Shown piece by piece: positions 27,395 through 37,300 of a DNA stretch of 64,000 nt. The stretch is from IMG/VR virus record IMGVR_UViG_3300010352_001202; one strand, written 5' to 3'. Each line of letters begins with the position of its first letter. Within the stretch, counting starts at the first letter, position 1. A program made the translations under genes and the position numbers. Source of the stretch: a virus (Duplodnaviria; Caudoviricetes). The notes under the pieces are model-generated. The model was given only the letters and a program-made list of their open reading frames with translations. It did no database searches and was not told where the DNA came from.

Positions 27395-28156
27395 ACTTGC
27401 GCCCATTTGAATTCTGAGTGTATAGATAATTTCGAGCGATCTATTAGCAGACTTCTGGATTGGGTGGAAAATAACATGAGTAAGCATGAGTTTTGATTTA
27501 GAACCTGCTGTATTTGAAAAGTTGGGAGTCTGTGTAATGAAATCTGAAATTTCAGTTGTGTTCTGTGTAAAGCCGCCGGTGAAGAGATTATTAGATCCTG
27601 CAAACAATCCAATTTCATTGAATACTAAAGTATTAGGATCAAAATTAGTAGGCTGGCTCGACGCACTTGTTCCTACAAATGTTGAATTATCTAGTACAAG
27701 TTGCTGAATTGTTGTTGCTGCTGTGATACCAATTGGCGGCTCACTATATCCGATGGTTACATCGACAATAATATCTTCGTAGTTAGTTGCATAGTTTTCT
27801 GCAGGAATATACGCCCTGCACAACTGATCGTAACTCGGAATATCAGTTGAATCGTTAGAAAGCTTTTTTACATAAACTGTATTATATAAATTAGCGGTAG
27901 GATTCTTAATAAGACTTCCTGGGCCGCCAAGAGACGGCTTGTATGAAATTGTTCCTGTTGGTCCAATGTATGCACCGCCGTTACCGAACGCCATATAATA
28001 CAAGAAACTGTTTGAGTTTCCAATAAGAGCATGGGCTAACGCTGCCGACATGTTTCCATATAGAACATCGTTATGTGTATCTACTAGGACTTCTTTAGTA
28101 TCTTTGTCGATGATTTTAACAAAGCCCTGTATAGAAGCACGAAAAAAATCTTGCAT
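27392..28156 (-). CDS. Virion structural protein (baseplate/fibre attachment)
   Basis: FNEIGL..LTHVIFHPIQKSANR..YTLRI; context. Confidence 0.65.
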   Translation of the reverse strand: MQDFFRASIQGFVKIIDKDTKEVLVDTHNDVLYGNMSAALAHALIGNSNSFLYYMAFGNGGAYIGPTGTISYKPSLGGPGSLIKNPTANLYNTVYVKKLSNDSTDIPSYDQLCRAYIPAENYATNYEDIIVDVTIGYSEPPIGITAATTIQQLVLDNSTFVGTSASSQPTNFDPNTLVFNEIGLFAGSNNLFTGGFTQNTTEISDFITQTPNFSNTAGSKSKLMLTHVIFHPIQKSANRSLEIIYTLRIQMGAS

Positions 28157-28157
28157 C

Positions 28158-28307
28158 TCAACCCCTCTTATTCACCAGAACTTTTCCGGTATCTTTATCT
28201 TTAATTAGAATATGGCACTGAACATCCATGTATGCAGTGTCAACAAAACCCTCATCTTTCTTAGGTTCGGGTTTTGCTTCTTTGTTATCGTTTTCTTTAT
28301 TTATCAT
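28158..28307 (-). CDS. 49-aa protein MINKENDNKE..ILIKDKDTGKVLVNKRG (not in ORF track)
   Basis: Manual translation; late motif at 28322-28330 upstream; C-terminus resembles the N-terminus of the next gene. Confidence 0.65.
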   Translation of the reverse strand: MINKENDNKEAKPEPKKDEGFVDTAYMDVQCHILIKDKDTGKVLVNKRG

Positions 28308-28321
28308 GATAATTCTCTATG

Positions 28322-28330
28322 TATTTATCA
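28322..28330 (-). promoter_or_regulatory. Late promoter candidate TGATAAATA
   Basis: Overlaps the stop codon of the giant gene; a second copy is at 28298-28306. Confidence 0.55.
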
Positions 28331-31300
28331 AGGTATACTCTTACCCTGGGCTTGCTTCAGGAAGTTAGCTTCAGGTGTATCAGCATACCATAATCCGCCC
28401 ATAGGTACTGAAGTAATGCTTGTAAATTCACCCGGGGAAGTTTCCGTTGACAAATCTGGACTTGCCGGTAACGAAACTGCATTCCAAACTTCAACATCAG
28501 ATCCTGCTGGCATTATATTACCTCTTTCAACAAAGATATAACTTAGTGCAACATGTTCTGTAGGTGCTGTTCCCATTGTTCCGCGTCTTACTAAACGAAG
28601 TTCCCATGTGTTAAGAGCTACAAGAGTTTTCATTTTGTATTCAATGCGCTCGCCATTTATCCAAATAACTCCCGGCACTAACGACGGGGTAGGTAGAATA
28701 TCTGTTAACGATGTTACAACAATCACATCAATATTTTCGTCTAACGATGTTGGTGCAGGTAATGTTACCGCAAGTGTTGCTCTAAACTCATCTGCATTTC
28801 TGTAGAAGTTAGCGCCGTCCTTAACATTTGTATTTTCCTTAAAGCTAATTGTGTTAGCCAACATAATAGGATTTGTAGGAATATCCCACAGCACTTCGGT
28901 TGTTCCGCCTGCGTCAATTAACGCCTGTGAAATTACAGGGTCGCTGATTGCTTCCCATGTATCGCCCCACCCAACTAAAGGTGCTACTGTTGGCTGAACT
29001 GCGAAAGGAACAGGAACTAAATTAATTCCACTAACATCATTTACAGGCAATTGAGTATCAACATTCACAACTAAATCTGCTGTAGGATATCCCTGTGCAA
29101 CTTCATATCTATTTGTGTTGAACTGAATATTTTGTAACACTCCGCCATCAAACCAGACAAGTGCTACCGGTACAGGTGATGAACCCGGATCGTTAAAGAA
29201 GTAGGCAGTAAATGTTCCGTTGCCGTTATCTTCTACAAAATAATCCTGGCCGTAGATTAGAACTGTTGTTCCGATTTGAACTCCGACAATATTATACGGA
29301 GTAATCACATTTTGCGGATTGTTTAAATTAATACTATCGAAATCAAATGTGTACGGATACAACTGCGATAATCCAACCTTGCCAGCATCAAAAGTAGTTA
29401 ATGGAACAGTGTATACATCTTCACGAGAAACAAACTGATCTATGTTATCAGCAAATGTTTCGGCATTAAGAATGTATGATGGGACCGGCCATGGGCCCGG
29501 TAGGTAAACATCCCACGGTGGATTATCCCATGCAAAGTTATCCCACGGCAAGTAGTTTTCTGGGCCGAACTTGATTACAGTGCTTATCTTATAAGAATCG
29601 ATTGCTGCTCCTGCAGCCACATCAGATGTGAGATATGTACTTGTGTAATCTCTAATCTGTGTATGATATGGTTTTGCATCAATAATGTATTTGATAATAT
29701 TGTCAATCTGATTAGGAATATATAGCTGTGCCTGGTTAAGCGGCAAATTATTTTCCTTAATGTAGATGTAAGACGACTTAAATACCCAGTCTGGATTTTT
29801 CTGCTCGCTAAGAACATAATTAACCAACGAGAAGAACAATTCGTTTTGGTCAACCTTGTAGTTGTTAATCATAACCTTTGTTCTGAATGCGTTTAACAAC
29901 TCTCTCAATTCTGTTGCCAATCCGTAAAGATTTTCGGATGTGTATATTGTATCTAGTAATTTGATAGCTGATTTTTCAACCCCTACTTCTTCTAAGCTCA
30001 GTGTAGAAACATTAGGATTCAACTGAACCACATTATACAGAATAAATCTTCCGTCTACTGTTCCATTGATTACCTGAACAATATCGTCCTTCTGCAGATC
30101 GCCATTAACAAGTGCAACATTAGCATCTGAAAGTGTTTGATACACATCTGTAGGTACAGCATCTTCAAATCCTATAGCATACCAATTTGTATATTCCCAA
30201 TAGACATCAGTTGAGACATTAGCATTCCAACTTGGATCATCGTCGCGAATTTGAATATGTTTCAGTAAGCTATTAGCTGATTGAACAAATATTTTTCTAG
30301 CTGCATGTATTTTCTGGAACATGCCCTGGCGAGGACGATATTGAATACCGTACTTTTCAAACTCAGTTAATGTTGGATCCGGTACTGGTAAAATTTCTCC
30401 ATACACCGGGGTCGTTGTAGGTGTGGCGGTATCCCACAGAGCAATATCCCACCCATAAATATCCCACGGTAAATCCTTGGCAACAATAATGCCGTTACTA
30501 TATTCGTCAGATACAGGAAGAACTTTTGTATACCCGCAAAGGCTGTCGACCATCTTGTTCCAGAACTGGTCGGTTACAACTGAGCTAGGATCTCCTTCTC
30601 TAAAGAATGACCACTGAGCATGTTCCTGATCGTCTCTTGCAGAAAGCTTATACTCAACTTGTACATTGTCGCCCTGGTAAGATAAGATTTCCTGTACATT
30701 GTAGAACATATAAGAATTGTTTGTAAGTGTCTGCTGAATTGGGCAGAAGAATACAAAATTCTGACTCTTTGGTGTTTGTAATAATCGTGCAACATCAACT
30801 GACGCAAGGGTTCTGTTTTCGAGATTAGGCTTGTCTGTAGAGCCTAGGACCCAGAAATAATAATTAGTTTCTGTTGCACTAGTAAATCTATTCGAAGTTA
30901 CAAGCATAACATAATTATTCACATCTCTTGGTATACCCGATCCTGTATAAGCATCTGGCGGTACTGGGCTCTTTACCCATTCATATATAGCCACTGTACT
31001 TCCCGGGAATAGTTGACCCCAACGATTTCTTCTGTAAACTAAATTGTCGACTTCTGTTTCTGAACCATCAAGTGCAATAGGTTGCTCATAGTAAACATAT
31101 CTTGTAGAAGATAGATCCCACCAAAGTTGTCCAACCTGAGCATCACCGAAATTAATATTTTCGCTGTAAAGTCTTGGATTTCCAGTAATATTATACCTTG
31201 CAGGATCTTGCATAGCCATATAAGATATGTTCTGTCTTGCAGGACCTGGCAGAATATCTTTGAACGGATCGTAGATAGGAAGCTGAACAAGCTCATTCTT

Positions 31301-34300
31301 TGATAGTGCAGCATAAACCTTAGCACTCTTAAAGAATGAAGTATTGATTAATTTTTCTTGCACCCTGTATGGATTAAAATATAGCGGCCCTGTAACATCC
31401 CATCCGTAGTTAGGACTCCAGAAATCTATAACTTTCAGATCCCATCCCTTAATATCCCAGATGCCCGGGTCAGCCTGAATATTAAATACAGTCCATTTAC
31501 CATTTACATCATCGACCCAGATTTTATCTCCGAGTCCTACATATACAGGCAATAACGGTTCGACTGGAGTTTCTCTCCATCTCATTGTCTTGTAAATTAG
31601 CAAATTAGTAAAGTTTGCGTAATTGGCAATGTCTGTTTCGGTTACTGGGTTATCGTCTAGGGTAACAAGGTTATAATAGTTATAGGTGTCGTCCGAGTAC
31701 GCATAGCTGAATCCTATGGTATAGTTTTCGCCGGGGAATGTTCCCGGTGGTGTTACAGAAACGATAGGGAATACATAACCCGAACCAGGGTTAACAACAT
31801 CAATTGTCTGAATAACTCCGTCTGTTACTGTTGCTACGGCGGTCGCGCCAGATCCGTATCCACCGATGTCCGATATAACAACGGATGGTGTCGAAGTGTA
31901 ACCAGCACCGCCTTGTGTCACTTCAATATTTAAAATTTCACCAGTGCCCGATTCTGGGGGCGCCGATAATTCGACTGTGGCCGTGGTATAGTTATTCCCC
32001 GGACTATCTAGTGTTATGCTGGTAACCTGCCCGTTAGTTAACACTGCTGTTGCAGATGCTCCAACACCGTCGCCCGAAATTGTTACAAGAGGTGTTTCTG
32101 TATATCCGTAACCAGGATCGGTAATTTGTATAGATAGGATAGGATTTGCTCCGCCTGGCTGTGCAATAGATACTGCAGGAGGAATTGAATAACCCGATCC
32201 AGGATTTATTAAATTAATTCCGGTAATGGTTCCGTTAAGAATTGTCGAAGTTGCGGTTGCAGCAACTCCGCCAATCGGTGCAGCAACAGTTACGGTAGGT
32301 GCAGAAATATATCCCGACCCGCCTGTATTAAGCGTTACACTGGTTACTGATCCACCTGTTAGTGTAGCGGTTGCTGTCGCTGCAACGCCGGTTGGATCTC
32401 CGATTGTAATTGACGGGGAAAATGCATATCCCGAGCCAGGTAATACAATATTAATGCCAGTGACTTTACCATTAGCAATAGTTGCTGTTCCTGTTGCTGT
32501 AATGCCGCTTGGTGGCGAAATTGTAACATCAGGAATAGTAGAATATCCAGACCCCGGTTGAATAATATCAATGTCAGTGACTTTTCCGTCTGTGATTATT
32601 GCAACTGCTGTTGCAGCAATACCGGTAGGTGGAGCAATATTGATATTAGGGTTGGAATATCCGCTGCCGCCGTCGACAACCGTTATAGAGGTAACAATTC
32701 CGTTATTAACCGTTGCTACAGCCTTTGCGCCATTTCCGCCACTAAATCCGTCCGTAATTGTAATAATTGGCGGTGCGATATAACCTGAACCGTTATTTAT
32801 TAACACAATATCTATTATGATGCCGCCTGCAACCGAAACAATAGCATTTGCCGTGGCGGTAATATGAATTGGAGGATCAACAGTAACTGTCGGCGCGCTA
32901 ATATAGCCCGATCCAGCATTAGCTACATTCACAGAAGTTATTTGTCCAGAGCTCGCAATTACTGCTACACCAGTGGCGCTAACTCCCGGAGCTTGGAATG
33001 TTACAGATGGAACAGTAGCGTAACCTGCTCCGCCGCCCGAAATAGTTACAGTCGACACCGATCCGGCTACTACCGTGCAGGATGCTGTGGCCTTAACATG
33101 AATAGGATCGGCTACAGTTACCGCAGGTGTTGATGTATAACCCGAACCACCGTGTGTAAGCGTTAATCCTGTCACTACACCATTAGTTACAGCAGATGTT
33201 ACTGTTGCACCATCAGACGGCGGTGCAGCAATTGTTACAGCAGGGGCTGATAGATATCCATTGCCGCCATCTATGATGTTAAAGCTGGTAACAGAACCGC
33301 CACCGATATTTGATGTAATCGATGCACTTCCGGTTAACACTGCTGTGGCAGTGGATTGTTGTGTCGGCGCCTTTGATGATGCTGTTGCGGCAGCGCCACC
33401 GATTTGCAATACAATCATATTGCCGAAATCTGTTTTTGTACCTTCTGTTGAAAACTGTGAAGTTATTTCACAGCTTAGGGCAGTCCTTAAGAAAATATCG
33501 CCATTTGCGTTAACTACAGAGAATCCCGATTGTTCTGTAATGTCGACAAGTTTATAGACATCCCAGTCTTCTGTGAATGTTTTAGCAATCCAGATAGTAT
33601 CGCCCGCGACAGGGTTTAGCTTATCTGTGCCCCATGCTACCGCGGTCTGAATCTTATCAAACGAATACCAATCGACATCATCGAAATGCACATAACCAGC
33701 GTTTGGTGTTGCATAGTCAATTCTCGGTGTAACAGGAAACTTCAGTGAGTATTCTGGATCATTAGGACGAACAACCCATTTATCTACCTGGTCAATATCG
33801 ATATTAACCACATTGTCGAGTGTCGCATCTTTAATAACAGAACCCTGCCAGACACTGTAAAGCTTATCAAGGTTATGTGGTTCTGGGCCCGAATCAATCT
33901 CGATATAAGGTGCAGAAAGATATCCATAACCCGGATCAGTAATGTCAATGCGAGCAATTCTACCAGTAGAATCAAGCACCGCAAATGCTTTAGCAGTGCG
34001 TAACGGCGATGTAACATATGGATCTAGCGGATCTGCATCTGGTGGTGGCACTACAATTCGCGGAACATTTATATATGTGTTCTGTGCATTCAGAATATTA
34101 ATTTGCCTTACAAACCCTACAGGAGACGGCATATAATTTAATCTTGCAACAATAACCTCACCGGTATTTTGTTCTGGCTTAAGAATAAACTCAGTCGATA
34201 CCTGGTCAATTGTATTACCAAAATCACCTAGCTTTAATGCCCATTCCTCGAACACTTCAATGATTTCGTCAGACTGAACCTTTGTAGATCTAAATAATTT

Positions 34301-37300
34301 TTCGAAAGCTTGGCTGGTTCCTTTCTGCCTAATAGCGCCTTGATAGAATAGATACTGGACATCATTAGATACCTGTAGGTTATCTAAATAGCTCTTGCTT
34401 TCATACCCAATTAAGCTTCTGCCAAGATCTTCTAAGCTAGGATTGTCGATTGTAACATTAGGATCGTAGTAATAACGCATAGCTTCAACAATCGTGTCGA
34501 AGTTCGGAACAAGCTGATTATCCATAACAAGATAACCAGGTGCTTCCATTTTACCGTACCAGCCGTTACTTCTAAATCCGTTGAAACGCAACCTTTGCTG
34601 CCTTGCTCTTAGTAATGGTGAATATACAACATCGTTGAAGTTTGTCTGATTATCGAAAATTAAGATATGCTCAGTTTCGGATGCATTTACTTGTAGGAAA
34701 TAAATTCCACCGACAGATAAGTCAATTGGTTCAACAGAAATAAATCGTCCGTCTCTATCTGTTGAAGTAGAGCTCGGTGGAATTGCTGTTCCGTATTTGT
34801 TTAGAATACTATAGATACCGTTTGTCAGACTTTCGACATCATCTGGATATCCTCTTGCAACTTCAAGAGTGGCCTTATTCGCTAGCGGGCTTAACTGAAT
34901 CGATGCATCCGGTGCCCAATCAGTATTAAGCCAGAATAAGAATTGCTTTCCGGCAGTGAGCCAGTCATTTAACTGGTTTGTATCAGGGCTTACTTCATCA
35001 AATTTCCAACCTCTAGATTCTAGGTATGCTCCCCAACCAATGAGCATATCAAACACCTGCTGCGGTGTCTTGAATACTGTTCCGTAAGGAATTTTTGTAG
35101 TTGTAGGTTCGGAGAAAGGCTTATACGATACCGAAATTCCACCAACAATTGGTAATGCATTTAGTTTCTTCCATCCCGCGGCAATAAACTTCTCTACCAA
35201 CTGAGTAGAAAGACTTAGATAATAAACTCCGTTATACCTAACAATGTCACCTTGCACATATGTTTCGCCAGGGACAAAATATTTAAATTCAGCAGGTGTT
35301 CCGCCGACTGTAACATCGATAAGTTGTGAATCTGAACGATCCAAGATAGTGAATTCCGACTTCAATAAGTCGTAGCCGTAGACGGCAAATGTTCCATCGG
35401 CAAGTCCTCGAACAATTACCCCACTGTAAGAATATGTGTCAATTGGTGGACTCTTATGCAAAATAACATCGAAGTTAGTCGACGGAATGATTAGACTATT
35501 AGTTGATGCGCCAGGACTTACGGCCTCGATATATGTATTGGTCGTATCCTTGTTTGTAAAGCCTGCAAGTTTATTTGCAAGATTTACATCTAGTGTTCTA
35601 ATTTTCTGACCAAAGGTCGAAGTAACATCCTTTCCTAAGAAAAGAATTCTATCACTGATCCAACGCTGATACCCGTACTTAATTTGAATATCGGTGTCGA
35701 CTGTTTCTGCATGCACAACTTGATCTTTATTCTTTAAACGCATCCATGCGAAGAAAGGATCACTATTTGTGAATGTATCATTTTGTACAAATTGCCAGTT
35801 GACATCAGACATTACCGGGCTTTCAATTCCGGGAACTGTTATCATACCCGGAGAAAGTTCTGTGCCAATTGTGTCCCAGAAGTATTCACCGTATGGTGCA
35901 GGACGCATTAGATATAGGAATTCCTGTACATTAAATGCATAAGCAGATGTTGACATCCATGCCTGTTCAACTGGTGCGCCATCGCCATAAATCCATTCTA
36001 CATCAAACAAATCAAATGGCTCATAATCATTTCCGGAGAACACGACATTAAATAATGCCATTACAGAAATAATTTCTCCGGAAGCGTCAACCGGAATTAC
36101 TGCCGATAGGCCCGGGCGTGCCCACATTTCTTGCTCTTGTGGTAACAAAGTTACAGGATCGTAGATAGCGCATGGCCCTTGCCTGATAATGCCGTATTCA
36201 AGATCGTCCCACATTACATGAGCACCGCTTGCAGTTGATGTCCATACTTCCTGACCTGCTAAGTTTAGAACAGGCATTCCGTATTCGTATCTCCACCACG
36301 ATGGCTCTGCACCGAACCCGAGCATCTCCCACGGACGAGTATCTGGATAATATGTGTCGTAGTAATATTGGAAAATGCCTTTCCAGTTGCCCGGTAGGTT
36401 TAGTGGAACACCGTTTGCATCTTTGGCAAAACGATAATTATAAAGTTTCCATAATTGAGATACAGGTGTAACTGTACTAGAGGTTAGCCAATCGTTGGCT
36501 CTATAGTTTGCCCTGTTCTTTGCCGACCATTTGTTTAGATATGATTCTGTGATATTAAGGAACTCTTCTCTTGTATAACGAGTTTCTCTGAAGTAACCCG
36601 ATTTTACAGACTCAAGACGCAATGGCAGATAATACTGATGTCTAAAACGATACTGAAGAAGATTATATATTCTCTTTTCGAGTTCTAGCAATAATTGATC
36701 GCGATAATCATTGTATGCAATTGTTTTAGATCCGTCGTGACCAATGATAACATTTGTCGGAATTGCATAAGATGTATCTAATTCAATTCTCGGAATATAT
36801 GTCGGATATGCACCAATTTTTGTTGGTGTAGATGGAATGTATGCTGGCAGTGGACTCTTATACAAAGCCACAAACACTGTATTGCCAACAGGAACTTCAA
36901 GAAGGTTAAGTTGAATTTCAATAACTAGGTTAGATGAAATTATTTCGTAATCTTGTCCGATTACCAATAACTTTTCTTGTCCCGTTGTATCATATAGGTA
37001 TAGTGCATTCTTAGGATCTGCTAAATCAACATAATTTGATAATGTTAGTAACCCGCCCATTGGCACAGTAAATGTTTCATTTGCGAAAGGACTGCCATTT
37101 GCAATCATATACGAATAAGCAAATGCATTTGAGAACTCTTTAGAAACATTTACAGTCTTAAGAATTTCTTCAACCCACAGGCTAACCGTAATATTATTGT
37201 TATAATATTGAACAGGATTAAAACCTTGATTGATTAATTGTAACGCAGTTGTTAGATATTTGTTCTTGAACTTTGTATATTCGTCTTGGCTGAATCTAAT

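Noticed and set aside
32226-33557. Plus-strand ORFs inside the giant gene
   Set aside because: Antisense shadows of the Thr/Ala/Val-rich repeats.
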